Assembly (NCBI GenBank): GCA_031372675.1
Contig: JANMLS010000039.1
Span: 7,587 to 71,586 of the forward strand
Reading direction: 5' to 3'
Origin: Verrucomicrobiaceae bacterium
GTDB lineage: Bacteria; Verrucomicrobiota; Verrucomicrobiia; Chthoniobacterales; Chthoniobacteraceae
Length of the DNA: 64,000 bases
Shown here: positions 35,663 through 45,213 of the stretch, in pieces
Layout of the letters: each line of letters begins with the position of its first letter
How positions within the stretch are numbered: position 1 is the stretch's first letter
Notes under the pieces: generated by a model
What the model was told of the DNA's origin: nothing
Databases searched by the model: none
What the model saw: only the letters and a program-made list of their open reading frames with translations
Made by a program: the position numbers and the translations under genes

Positions 35663-36840
35663 GGGTAGATGAGGTAGGGCTGGCGCGAGGCGCGGAAGTT
35701 TTCCACGCCGCTGCGCCAGCCTGCGATGATGGCTGCGGGCGATGTGCCGCGCTCGATCTGCGACTTGATGCTGGTGCTGCCGAAGGCTTTCCAGAACAGG
35801 CCGTCTTCATCGCGATAGCGGGAGAAAATGTCGCTCTTCTGCGCGTGCATCGCGGCGAGAAGGTGGACGTTCACGCCGGTGAGATTCACGCTGCTTTTGC
35901 CGGAGAGATCGAGCTTCGCGCCGGTCGAGTTTTTCTTTGAATAAGACCTCGCTGGGATGCCTGCGCTTCGCAGTGCAGAGGTGAACTCCGCGCTGTCGAG
36001 GCGGCCAGCGCCTGCGATTTCAAAAGGCTCATCGGTGCCCGTGCCGACATCGAAGCCGGAGCCGGAGAGCGAGCCGAAGATGCTCGTCGCGGTGTAGTAG
36101 GCGACGGATGAGGCGTGCGGGATGTTTGGCGAAGTTTTTACCCAGCGAAGGCCGGTGTCGCTCCACATCATTCCGCGCGTCCAGCCGCTCATGGGGACGA
36201 CGGTGAGCTTGCAGCGTTTCGCCATCCAGCCTTTTGCATTGCTCATGCTGGCAAGCTCTCCGGCGGTCATTCCGTGAACGTACGGTGTGGGAAACTGGCC
36301 GATGAAGCTGCGCCATTTTTCCTCAATGCCCGGTCCCTCGATGCGCTCGCCGCCAAGCGGATTCGGGCGGTCGAGGACGATGAACTCAATGCCCGCTTCG
36401 CCCGCAGCCTCCATCGCTCTGCCCATCGTGGAGATGTAAGTGTAGCTGCGAACGCCGATGTCCTGCATATCGAATACGAGCGCGTCCAGCCCGCGCAGCA
36501 TGTCTGGCGTTGGCTTCCGCGTCGGGCCGTAGAGCGAATAGACCGTGAGGCCGGTGACTGGGTCCTTGCGGTTGGCGACGTATTTCCCGGCGAGGATGGT
36601 GCCGTCAATTCCGTGCTCCGGCGCGAAGAGTGAGACGAGCTGCACGCCGGGTGCTTTTTTCAAAACCGTGCGCGTCTTCACGCCGGAGCCGTTCACGCCG
36701 GTTTGATTCGTGATGAGGCCGATGCGCTTTCCACGCACTGCATCGAAGCCGCGCTCAGCGAGGACATCGATTCCGAGTTGAACCGCAGCGTGTGCGGAAA
36801 GTGCGAAGGCGAAAAGGCAGACGAGTATGCGGTGAATCAT
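35659..36840 (-). CDS. DUF1343 family exo-beta-N-acetylmuramidase (NamZ-like)
   Basis: Start at MIHRILVCLFAFALSAHA (signal peptide). GLITNQTGV, LFAPEHG, DMQDIGVRSYTYIST and VLDRPNP are DUF1343 motifs. Confidence 0.8.
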   Translation of the reverse strand: MIHRILVCLFAFALSAHAAVQLGIDVLAERGFDAVRGKRIGLITNQTGVNGSGVKTRTVLKKAPGVQLVSLFAPEHGIDGTILAGKYVANRKDPVTGLTVYSLYGPTRKPTPDMLRGLDALVFDMQDIGVRSYTYISTMGRAMEAAGEAGIEFIVLDRPNPLGGERIEGPGIEEKWRSFIGQFPTPYVHGMTAGELASMSNAKGWMAKRCKLTVVPMSGWTRGMMWSDTGLRWVKTSPNIPHASSVAYYTATSIFGSLSGSGFDVGTGTDEPFEIAGAGRLDSAEFTSALRSAGIPARSYSKKNSTGAKLDLSGKSSVNLTGVNVHLLAAMHAQKSDIFSRYRDEDGLFWKAFGSTSIKSQIERGTSPAAIIAGWRSGVENFRASRQPYLIYP

Positions 36841-36882
36841 GCGCTGCTCAATACGATGCCGGTGCGGTTTTGAAAAGCGCAG

Positions 36883-36946
36883 TCGTAGCTGCGTCGCCCC
36901 GTCGCAGATGGGCGATGAACTGCGACGAGGGCGTCGCAGCAACGAC
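36883..36946. repeat. nested palindrome (GTCGTAGCTGCGTCGCCC ... GGGCGTCGCAGCAACGAC), possible bidirectional terminator
   Basis: Outer 18-nt arms plus an inner GTCGCAG/CTGCGAC hairpin, between the GT2 stop and the namZ-like start. Core shared with the 3762-3797 hairpin. Confidence 0.5.
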
Positions 36947-37635
36947 TACGACTCGCGGCGGATGCGCACTTGGAGCTGGCGCGACAGAAACCAGCGCACT
37001 GCAAACATATCGCACGTCGCTTTGATCGCGCGGCTGCCAAATCCGTATTTGCTCACGCCAGCGACGCGCGGACGGTGATTCGTGGGCATCTCGGTGATTT
37101 TGTATCCGAGTCCTTTCACGAGTGCGGGGATGAAGCGGTGCATCCCGCGAAACAAAAAGAGCGATTCGCGGCACTTGGTGCGCATCACTTTGAGCGAGCA
37201 GCCCGTGTCGTGAATGCCGTCGCGTGTGAAGCGGCTGCGCACGAAGTTCGCGATACGACTGCTGATTTTTTTCGACCAGTTATCCTGCCGTTTCACGCGC
37301 CAGCCGCACACGAGATCGTAGCCTTCTTCGAGCTTCGCGAGCATTTGCGGGATGTCGTTGGGGTCGTTCTGCCGGTCGCCGTCGAGAAGCACGATGATGT
37401 CGCCTTTCGCCGCATTGCAGCCCACGTACATCGCCGCGCTCTGGCCGGTATTTTTTTCAAACTCGATGACGCGCACGCTTGGCCCGCGCACGATTCGCTC
37501 TAGCGTTTTGTCGGTCGAGCAATCATCCACGAGCACAAGCTCGTAATCGCGCCCGGCGAGTGCGGCGGCGAGTTCCTCCTGCAACGGAGCGATATTGTCT
37601 TCCTCATTAAAGAGCGGGATGACTACGGAAATCAT
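36946..37635 (-). CDS. family 2 glycosyltransferase (polyprenyl-phosphate sugar transferase type)
   Basis: MISVVIPLFNEEDNI, LVDDCSTDKT and LDGDRQNDP (DXD region) are typical of GT2 DPM1/GtrB/ArnC-like enzymes. Confidence 0.85.
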   Translation of the reverse strand: MISVVIPLFNEEDNIAPLQEELAAALAGRDYELVLVDDCSTDKTLERIVRGPSVRVIEFEKNTGQSAAMYVGCNAAKGDIIVLLDGDRQNDPNDIPQMLAKLEEGYDLVCGWRVKRQDNWSKKISSRIANFVRSRFTRDGIHDTGCSLKVMRTKCRESLFLFRGMHRFIPALVKGLGYKITEMPTNHRPRVAGVSKYGFGSRAIKATCDMFAVRWFLSRQLQVRIRRES

Positions 37636-37738
37636 TCCGCGTTTCTAAAGGAACCGCTTTGCAAATGGCGAGAGCTTATCCTGTGCGACTTCGCTGCCTT
37701 GACGCATGGGCGGCGGGACGGCACACCGTTGCCCGCCG

Positions 37739-38740
37739 ATGGATAAATCCGAATTGCGAATGGACCCGCTCACGCGGGAGTGGACGATTTTTAATGAAAA
37801 CCGCGCCGTCCCGCCGCTGCCCACAGCGAGCGCGGAAAGCCTAGCGCCTTCGCCTTTCCGCGCAGGGCTGGAGCGGTTCGCGGTGCATTCGTTGTTTCAA
37901 AGCAACGGGCCGGACGGCTGGCAGGTGCGCGTGGTGCCAAACCGCACGCCCGTGCTGGGAATCGAGGCGGACCCAGGACTGAAACAGACGGGCATTTTCC
38001 GGCACCTCGGCGGGTTTGGAGCGCACGAGATTGTCGTCGAAGACCCCGGCGAGCGCGGCTTTGTGGAGCTTGGCGCGGCGGGTATTGCGCGAGTCGTGGA
38101 AGCGTGGCGCGCACGCATCGAAGACCTCACTCGCGACGGGCGGATGCTTTCGTTTTTTGTGATCAAAAACGAGGGCGCTGCCGCGGGACAAGTGGTCGCG
38201 CACAGCATCAGCCAGATCATCGCGATGGGCTTGGTCGCTCCCGCGCTGCGGCGGAAGCTGAATGTGGCGAAGGAGCATTTTGCCGCGCATGGGACTTCGC
38301 TGTTTGCGGATGAACTTGCGGCGGAGGTGAAAGGAAAAACGCGGATCGTTTTTGAAAACGCGGGCTTCGTGGCATTCTGCCCGTATGCGGCGAGGGCACC
38401 GTTTGAAATCGCGATCCGCCCGAAGCGTTGTGCGCCGGATTTTCACCACATCACGAGCGAGGAAGTGGCGCAGCTCGGCGAGGTGTTAAACTCCGCTGTC
38501 ACGCGGCTCCATCGCGGCCTCGGTGCGCCAGCGTGGAATCTCACGCTCACCACCGCGCCTTCCGCTGAGGCTCGCGTGGAGGATTGGCCCGATGCGGAGC
38601 GTGAGTTCTCGTGGCACATTGATGTCACGCCACGGCTTTATCCCGCAGGCGGTTTGGAGCTTGTCTCTGGCTGCCACATCAACGGCGTGTGGCCGGAGAT
38701 TGCAGCGGAGTTTTTGCGCAGGCAGGAGGTCGGCGCGTGA
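37739..38740 (+). CDS. galactose-1-phosphate uridylyltransferase-like (GalT branch of HIT superfamily) protein with degenerate active site
   Basis: Start at MDKSELRMDPLTREWTIFNENRAVPP (GalT N-terminal motif). NEGAAAGQVVAHSISQIIA aligns with N.GA..G.S.PHPHGQI.A. See finding. Confidence 0.6.
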   Translation: MDKSELRMDPLTREWTIFNENRAVPPLPTASAESLAPSPFRAGLERFAVHSLFQSNGPDGWQVRVVPNRTPVLGIEADPGLKQTGIFRHLGGFGAHEIVVEDPGERGFVELGAAGIARVVEAWRARIEDLTRDGRMLSFFVIKNEGAAAGQVVAHSISQIIAMGLVAPALRRKLNVAKEHFAAHGTSLFADELAAEVKGKTRIVFENAGFVAFCPYAARAPFEIAIRPKRCAPDFHHITSEEVAQLGEVLNSAVTRLHRGLGAPAWNLTLTTAPSAEARVEDWPDAEREFSWHIDVTPRLYPAGGLELVSGCHINGVWPEIAAEFLRRQEVGA

Positions 38741-39006
38741 CGGGGCGGCATGTGTTTTACGAAGGCCGCGTGCAGGGTGTGGGCTTTCGCTGGAGCGCAA
38801 AAAATCTCGCCCGTGGCTACGATGTCACCGGCTGGGTAAAAAACCTGCCCGATGGCCGCGTGGAAATGCAGGTGTGCGGCGATGCGGGCGAAGTGGAAGC
38901 GTTTCTCGAAGCCGTCGAGGAGAGCGAGTTGAAGTCGCACATCAAGGCCGTGGACGCTGTTGTGATTGCGCCCTTTATCGCGATGGGCTTTGAGATTGTG
39001 AAATGA
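38737..39006 (+). CDS. acyP: acylphosphatase
   Basis: GTG start overlapping the GalT-like stop (GTGA). GRVQGVGFRW and GWVKNLPDGRVE are the two acylphosphatase signatures. 89 aa. Confidence 0.8.
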   Translation: MTGRHVFYEGRVQGVGFRWSAKNLARGYDVTGWVKNLPDGRVEMQVCGDAGEVEAFLEAVEESELKSHIKAVDAVVIAPFIAMGFEIVK

Positions 39007-39127
39007 CGAAGTGAACCCCGGCTGGCTTGCCATGCGTACAGGAAGGTTCGCCTTTCATCTCCATCGCAGCTTTCGGATAGCACGCAGAAATATCTCCCGT
39101 TGCGGAGAGGAATGAACTTTGTAGCCT

Positions 39128-42100
39128 GTGGGTGTGAAGCATCCTTCTCTCCTTACTCTCTCGGCTGTCTTCGGGATCATTGCTTCGTCTGCGATGGCCG
39201 AGCAGGTCGTTATTTCCGAAATGATGTACAATCCTCCGGTGGGGAAGCCGGAGTTTGTCGAGTTGTCGAATATCACGGCGACGCCGCTCGACATGGCACT
39301 GTGGCGTTTTAGCGATGGGGTGGATTTTACTTTCCCGAACTTCAGCACCGGCTCGCCTTCCGCGCATCTGCTGCTGCCTTTTGAAAAAATCCTCATCTCC
39401 TCCGCAACCAGCGCTGCCACTCGCACGGCGTATCCGGCGATTCCTGCGGGCGTGCGGATTTTTGGTCCGTGGAATGTCGCGAGCGTTTTGGATAATGGCG
39501 GCGAAAAAGTAACGCTGAAGGATAAAAACGATGTCGTGGTTTGCACGGTGACTTACAGCGACGGCGGAAAGTGGGCGGTGTCGCCGGATGGCGCGGGGCA
39601 TTCGCTGGTGCTGATGGATGAGGACTTGGCGATTGATGATTGGCGCATCTGGCGGGCGAGCACGAATCGGTTTGGATCGCCCGGCGTGGTGGACCCGACT
39701 CCGACGGCGGGGCTGGCTATCAATGAGGTGCATTTTAGCACGGTCACGGGGCGCGTAGATTGGGTGGAGCTGCGGAATAACTCTCCGACGACGACCATCT
39801 CGGCGGCGACGATGATTCTTTCGGCGGCGACGGATTTATCGAGTCCCGTGGCGCTCTCCGGCAGCGTCACGCCCGGCGCGGTGGTTTCGTTCAATGTGGA
39901 TTTTGCGACGGATAATGATGGCGATGTGAGAATCCATCTCGCGGATTCTTCGAGCAATGTGCGTGATGCGGTGAAGCTCACTCGCGTGACTGGACGCCCA
40001 TCGCAGCAGGTTTTCCCCGCTGCGGGTCGGCAGTGGTACACGGATACAGCGGACACTCGGAACGCGCAGAATAATCCGTCGCGGAATACCGACATCGTCA
40101 TCAACGAAATCATGGCGCATCCGCCGAGCGGGCAGCGCGACGGGGAGTTTATCGAACTGCGAAATAAAGGCGCGAGCGCGGTGAACGTCGGCGGCTGGCG
40201 GCTGGATGACGATGTGGATTTTACCATCCCCGCAAACACTACGATTGCAGCCGGCGGCTACCTCGTGCTCGCGGCAAATGCTGCGGTTTTGAATGCGAAT
40301 TACGGCGGCCTCACTGCTCTCGGAAATTGGGATGGCTCGCTCTCAAACAGCGGTAGCCGCGTGCAGCTCAAGGATGCGTTTGGCAATCTTGTGGATGAGG
40401 TGGATTACCGCTTCGGCGGCGAATGGCCGGAGCTGGCAGACGGCGAAGGAAGCTCGCTGGAACTCGTGAGCCCGGACGCGGATAATTCCATCGGCTCATC
40501 ATGGCGCGATAGCGATGAGAGCGCGAAGAGCACGTTTTCGGCGTTCACGATCAACGGCGGCACTTATTTGCGGAGAGGCTACAGTTCGCAGAATGATGAT
40601 GAAATTCTGATGTGGCTCGTGGGCACCGGGCACGTTGTTATTCGCAACGCTCAGTTGATCCCGACTGGCGGAAGCGGGAATCTTTTCTCGAACGCCAACA
40701 TGACGACGCTGGAGCCTGAAAATATCTCTGGCTGGCGTTCGCGCGGGAATCACTGGGCGACTTATCACGATGCCGAGGGCGTCCACATTATCGCGGATGG
40801 CGGCGGCGACTGTAAGGTGAACCACACGGAAAAAGATGCGACCGGAATGAGTGCGAGTGTTCCCTACACGCTCACATTCGAGGCCCGCTGGGTGTATGGA
40901 AAACCCCGGATTGTCACACAGACCTGGGATTTATCCTGGGGCGGCACCGCGCTCGTGCCGATTCCCCAAAACCTCGGCACGCCGGGCGCACAAAATTCGC
41001 GCTTTCTCTCCACTCCGCCACCGCAAGTAACCATGCTGAATCACAGTCCCGCGACGCCGCCGACAAGTTCGACCGTCACCGTGACGGCGAAAGTTTCCTC
41101 AACTTCACCGATTTCGACTGTGCAGCTTTTTCACCGGCTTGATAGTGCGGATTACACAGGCGTATTCACCGCGACTACGATGACTGACAACGGCACGGGC
41201 GGCGATGTGTGGGCGGGCGATGGGATTTTCACGGGGCAGGTGCCGCTCACATCGTTTTCCGGGTATAATAACACAGGAGCGATAGTGGAGTTTTACGTCC
41301 GCGCCACTGCCGCAAACGGGCGCACGACCGATCTTCCGCGAGGCGCAATCACGGGGGAGCCTTTTCCCACAGCACATCCCAAAAGAGGGCAGTGGGTGTT
41401 GGATAATCAAGCCCCGACTACCGAGCTACGAAGGCTGCGCGTTGTGATTCCGAGCTACTGGCTCGCCGCGCTGAATACGCCCGATACCACTGCGACTCCC
41501 TCTGGCAGCGGTATTCCATCCGTAGGCGGCGGTTCTGCGACCTACAATTACAAGTTCCCGAAGCTCAACAGCTACTATTTCCCCTGCACGGTGGTGATCA
41601 ATGAAAGCAAGGTGCTGTATGGCTCCTCTGTTCACAAAACGGGAAGCCCGTTCACGCGCAGCCCCGGCAACTCACTCGACCGCGGTAAAGTGAGGCTTCC
41701 GGGGGATTTTCCTTATCGAGGACACAAAAGGATTTATTGGGATAATGAGGCAGCGGGCGGCGCGATTTACAATAATCGCGTGAACCGTTACCTGCTTTAC
41801 CTGTGCGGAGTTCCGGCCAACGAGAACGAGGTTTTAAGAGTGGCGAACAACAATTCCACTTACACGATTCGTGAATCCAGCGAGGCGTTCGACAAAGATT
41901 TTCTGGGCAGGATTTGGGAGAATGGGAGCGCCGGTTTTTTCTACGAACTTGATGATGCTTTCGTGATTGGTGACGACGGAAATGCGCGCCTGACTAACAT
42001 TGAAAACGGATGGGACTACAACCCTCCATTCCGGCCCGGTGCGGAGAATCCAGTGAGCTACCATAACAACTTCGTGCCCGGTTCCCGCGAGGCGGAATAC

Positions 42101-44626
42101 GACTTCGCGGCGTTGATAGAATGGTGTAAGCAGCTTGAGGCAAATCCCTCCCCGACTGATGCGCAAATCGAACGCATGTCCGACACTCGCGCTATGGCTG
42201 CCTATGCTGCTGTGCGTGGCTACACGGCAGACCAAGACAACTTTACCATGAGTCGCGCAAAGAACGGGTATTTTTACAACCGTGCGAGTGATCACAAATG
42301 GATGCTTGTTCACTGGGACAGCGACACTTCATTTACGAGTGGTCGTATCAACGATCCGTTTATTGGCTCAAAAACCAATGTGCCCGCTTACTACAACCGC
42401 CCTCTCGTGCGCAGGGAGCTGCACTTTTACATGTCGAAGCTCATGGGCGAGTTTGCGATGGATGGCCCTAGGCTCGCTGCATGGCTGGCTGCGGAGGAAG
42501 CAGTATCGCCCTCATTTTCGATTCCTGCTTTTTATGCAGCCTGGCCAACGACACTCTCCAGCACTTCGCAAACGCGCGTCAATGTGATGCAGAACTATAT
42601 CGGCGCACCACTCAGCGCAACCTTCGCGCTCATCTCGCCACTCACCACAACCACGGGCACAACGATCACGATAAATGGAAGCGCACCAGTGGGCGCATTC
42701 CGCGTCGAATGCGTGGGGCAAACGGCGAGCACGTTTGCTTGGACGGCGACGAGCACGACGGACACGGACCGCTGGAGCATCTCGAATATCAGGCTGAAAA
42801 ACGGCGCAAACACACTGACTTTCCGCGCCTTTGATGAAGTCGGCACCCAAATCGGCACTGACATCATCCATGGCGTGACGAAGACAAATAATGCGCCGCC
42901 CGCCATGAATGCGACCGTTAGCCCCGGCTCGCAGAATGCAGCTTTGGGCGAGACGGTGGTGGTGGACGCATCAAGCAGTTTTGATCCGGATGGAACTGCG
43001 CTGACTTTTACGTGGACGATTACGCCGTCGGTCGGGTTCAGCGTGATTGCATCCACGACTTCCAGCCGGACGATTCAATTCACCACTCCGGGAAACTACG
43101 TTTTCACGATCCAAGGATCGGATGGCTCTACCACGCAGAACGTCACACGCGAAATTGTCGCTTACAGCACGTCGGACTTTGCGTCGTTTGGTAGCGACTA
43201 TTTGGACGCCGCGTTCACAGCGAACAACGTCGAACTGCTGGATAACTATTCGCCCGACTCGTGGTATTCGCTCAATGAAACGACGGGCAGCATCGCCTTA
43301 AATCTGACCGACACTACCACTCGCCCGCTCACAAATAGCTCCCCCATTTTTCCGAGAATCACCCGCGCACTACCTGCTTCGTCGAACTGGATTTTGCAGA
43401 CGAGCATCCAGCCGGAAAATCGCGCGTTTGGCGCTTTTTTCAGCGGGCTATATCTCGAAACCACGGAGAGCGTTGTAACGACGCGATACGCGCTTTGCTA
43501 CGATGGCGGGCTAAACTGGATAGTTTACCGGGCGTCCGGCACTGGCGCTTATTCACAGATTGGCTCGTCTGTGACGTATCTACCGCCCGATGCCACGCTG
43601 CGGATACGCCGGAGCACCAATACGCTCTTCTTTGAATACCGGCTCAACGGCGTGCAGTGGGCCACCATCACCAGCTACGCGATGCCAGCCGGAAGCACGG
43701 CAATCCGTGGCGGTATCTTCAGCGCGACGGGAGCGGTGAACGCGACACCGAGTGTTCCCGGAGTCGGCTTCCGGGCGGCGTTTGACTATCTACTCCTCAG
43801 CAATCCGGGGAATATCGCGGACCTCTACAACAACCTTCGCATCACAGAGATTATGTATAATCCCGCAGGAACGGGCGGCGTGGAGTTTATGGAACTACGA
43901 AATATCGGTGCATCCGCAATCAATCTCAACGGCGCGTATTTCGACCAAGGCGACCCATTTTCAAATGCCGCAGGCGATGGCCCATTTATCTTCGGAGCGA
44001 CGGTCCTCCAGCCGGGGCAGTATTGCGTGGTGACAAACAACATCGCTGGATTCACGACACTTTATGGAAATGGCGCGACCATCGCGGGGCAATACAGCGG
44101 CTCGCTCAACAACGACGGCGAGCTAATCGCACTCCGCGATCCAAACGGAAATCTGGTGCATGAATTCAGCTACAGCAACCTCGCGCCGTGGCCTGTCACC
44201 GCCGATGGCGGCGGGCCGAGCATCGAGGTGCTTTCCACCTCGCAAGCGCTCTACGGCGTCGGCACAAACTGGCGTGCAAGTCAGGAAACAGGCGGCTCGC
44301 CGGGCTATCTCGGCTTTGCCAGCGATACGGACAGCGACGGCGTGCCGGACAGCGTGGAGCTTGCCTTCGGCAGCAATCCCGCAGTCGCCACCAGCAAGCC
44401 CGCAGCGCCAGTGCCCACGCGCAACGCAGGCACCGGAGCAGTCACGATCACCTGGAATTCTCTGAACGGAAAAAGCTACACAATCGAGCATCGTACAAGC
44501 CTTTCATCGGGAACTTGGGAAACGATGGGAACCGTCGTCGCAGCAGGCTCCACCGCGAGCTACACAGACAGCACCGCAAGCGCGACCACGCAGCGATTTT
44601 ACCGAATCAAGGCGTTCTTCCCGTAG
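39128..44626 (+). CDS. giant secreted LTD / CotH / PKD / LamG-like multi-domain protein
   Basis: Signal peptide. At least 4 lamin-tail domains (ISEMMYNP..EFVEL.N; INEIMAHP..EFIELRN; ITEIMYNP..EFMELRN). A CotH-like region (YNYKFPKLNSYYFPCTVVINE...FYELDDAF...WMLVHWDSD). PKD (VVVDASSSFDPDGTALTFTWTI). A ConA/LamG-like region, a TSP3-like DTDSDGVPD, and a C-terminal FN3-like domain. Confidence 0.75.
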   Translation: MGVKHPSLLTLSAVFGIIASSAMAEQVVISEMMYNPPVGKPEFVELSNITATPLDMALWRFSDGVDFTFPNFSTGSPSAHLLLPFEKILISSATSAATRTAYPAIPAGVRIFGPWNVASVLDNGGEKVTLKDKNDVVVCTVTYSDGGKWAVSPDGAGHSLVLMDEDLAIDDWRIWRASTNRFGSPGVVDPTPTAGLAINEVHFSTVTGRVDWVELRNNSPTTTISAATMILSAATDLSSPVALSGSVTPGAVVSFNVDFATDNDGDVRIHLADSSSNVRDAVKLTRVTGRPSQQVFPAAGRQWYTDTADTRNAQNNPSRNTDIVINEIMAHPPSGQRDGEFIELRNKGASAVNVGGWRLDDDVDFTIPANTTIAAGGYLVLAANAAVLNANYGGLTALGNWDGSLSNSGSRVQLKDAFGNLVDEVDYRFGGEWPELADGEGSSLELVSPDADNSIGSSWRDSDESAKSTFSAFTINGGTYLRRGYSSQNDDEILMWLVGTGHVVIRNAQLIPTGGSGNLFSNANMTTLEPENISGWRSRGNHWATYHDAEGVHIIADGGGDCKVNHTEKDATGMSASVPYTLTFEARWVYGKPRIVTQTWDLSWGGTALVPIPQNLGTPGAQNSRFLSTPPPQVTMLNHSPATPPTSSTVTVTAKVSSTSPISTVQLFHRLDSADYTGVFTATTMTDNGTGGDVWAGDGIFTGQVPLTSFSGYNNTGAIVEFYVRATAANGRTTDLPRGAITGEPFPTAHPKRGQWVLDNQAPTTELRRLRVVIPSYWLAALNTPDTTATPSGSGIPSVGGGSATYNYKFPKLNSYYFPCTVVINESKVLYGSSVHKTGSPFTRSPGNSLDRGKVRLPGDFPYRGHKRIYWDNEAAGGAIYNNRVNRYLLYLCGVPANENEVLRVANNNSTYTIRESSEAFDKDFLGRIWENGSAGFFYELDDAFVIGDDGNARLTNIENGWDYNPPFRPGAENPVSYHNNFVPGSREAEYDFAALIEWCKQLEANPSPTDAQIERMSDTRAMAAYAAVRGYTADQDNFTMSRAKNGYFYNRASDHKWMLVHWDSDTSFTSGRINDPFIGSKTNVPAYYNRPLVRRELHFYMSKLMGEFAMDGPRLAAWLAAEEAVSPSFSIPAFYAAWPTTLSSTSQTRVNVMQNYIGAPLSATFALISPLTTTTGTTITINGSAPVGAFRVECVGQTASTFAWTATSTTDTDRWSISNIRLKNGANTLTFRAFDEVGTQIGTDIIHGVTKTNNAPPAMNATVSPGSQNAALGETVVVDASSSFDPDGTALTFTWTITPSVGFSVIASTTSSRTIQFTTPGNYVFTIQGSDGSTTQNVTREIVAYSTSDFASFGSDYLDAAFTANNVELLDNYSPDSWYSLNETTGSIALNLTDTTTRPLTNSSPIFPRITRALPASSNWILQTSIQPENRAFGAFFSGLYLETTESVVTTRYALCYDGGLNWIVYRASGTGAYSQIGSSVTYLPPDATLRIRRSTNTLFFEYRLNGVQWATITSYAMPAGSTAIRGGIFSATGAVNATPSVPGVGFRAAFDYLLLSNPGNIADLYNNLRITEIMYNPAGTGGVEFMELRNIGASAINLNGAYFDQGDPFSNAAGDGPFIFGATVLQPGQYCVVTNNIAGFTTLYGNGATIAGQYSGSLNNDGELIALRDPNGNLVHEFSYSNLAPWPVTADGGGPSIEVLSTSQALYGVGTNWRASQETGGSPGYLGFASDTDSDGVPDSVELAFGSNPAVATSKPAAPVPTRNAGTGAVTITWNSLNGKSYTIEHRTSLSSGTWETMGTVVAAGSTASYTDSTASATTQRFYRIKAFFP

Positions 44627-44673
44627 CTGCAAGCACAGTTGCATGACACCGAAAAAGCCGGTATCTCACGAAC

Positions 44674-44895
44674 ATGAACACGGAATTTGCACCGCTCTTC
44701 AAACTCGGACGCGCTGAACGTCTTCAGCTTGTCGAAGACCTCTGGGACAGTATCGCGAAGGAAGACGTAGTTTCGCCAATCGCGGACTGGAAGCGCGACG
44801 AGCTTCGCCGCCGCAAGGAGCGGTATTTGCAGCATCCGGCTTCCGGGCGCACATGGGAACAAGTCAAGCAGCGGGCGCGGGTGCAACATGATTGA
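44674..44895 (+). CDS. putative addiction-module antitoxin (Unstab_antitox-type)
   Basis: 73 aa. LGRAERLQLVEDLWDSI...W..DELRRR matches the 'putative addiction module component' family. 8-nt overlap with the toxin gene. Confidence 0.7.
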   Translation: MNTEFAPLFKLGRAERLQLVEDLWDSIAKEDVVSPIADWKRDELRRRKERYLQHPASGRTWEQVKQRARVQHD

Positions 44896-45196
44896 GCGCG
44901 TTATCTTCACCGGGGAGGCCGACGATGATGTTGCAGAGTCTTACGACTGGTACGAGAGCTGTGAGCCGGGACTTGGTGAGGATTTCCTTCGCTGCGTAGA
45001 AGCGTGCGTGCTTACCATCCAGCGGCATCCGCATCTTTATCCCGTCGTAGTGGATGAGTTCCGCCGTGCGCTTGTGCGTCGTTTTCCATACGAGATTTTC
45101 TACGAGCCGACTACCGATTCCATCGTAATTTACTCGGTCTTTCACTGCTCCCAAGACCCGCAGAAGTGGCGAACGCGCATTGGCTACGGCACGTAA
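44888..45196 (+). CDS. ParE/RelE-superfamily toxin
   Basis: 102 aa. A...D....YDWYE........F.......I...P..YP......RRALVRRFPYEIFY......IVIYSVFH..QDP pattern typical of ParE-like toxins. Confidence 0.75.
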   Translation: MIERVIFTGEADDDVAESYDWYESCEPGLGEDFLRCVEACVLTIQRHPHLYPVVVDEFRRALVRRFPYEIFYEPTTDSIVIYSVFHCSQDPQKWRTRIGYGT

Positions 45197-45213
45197 GGAA
45201 ATACCTCCTGCGC

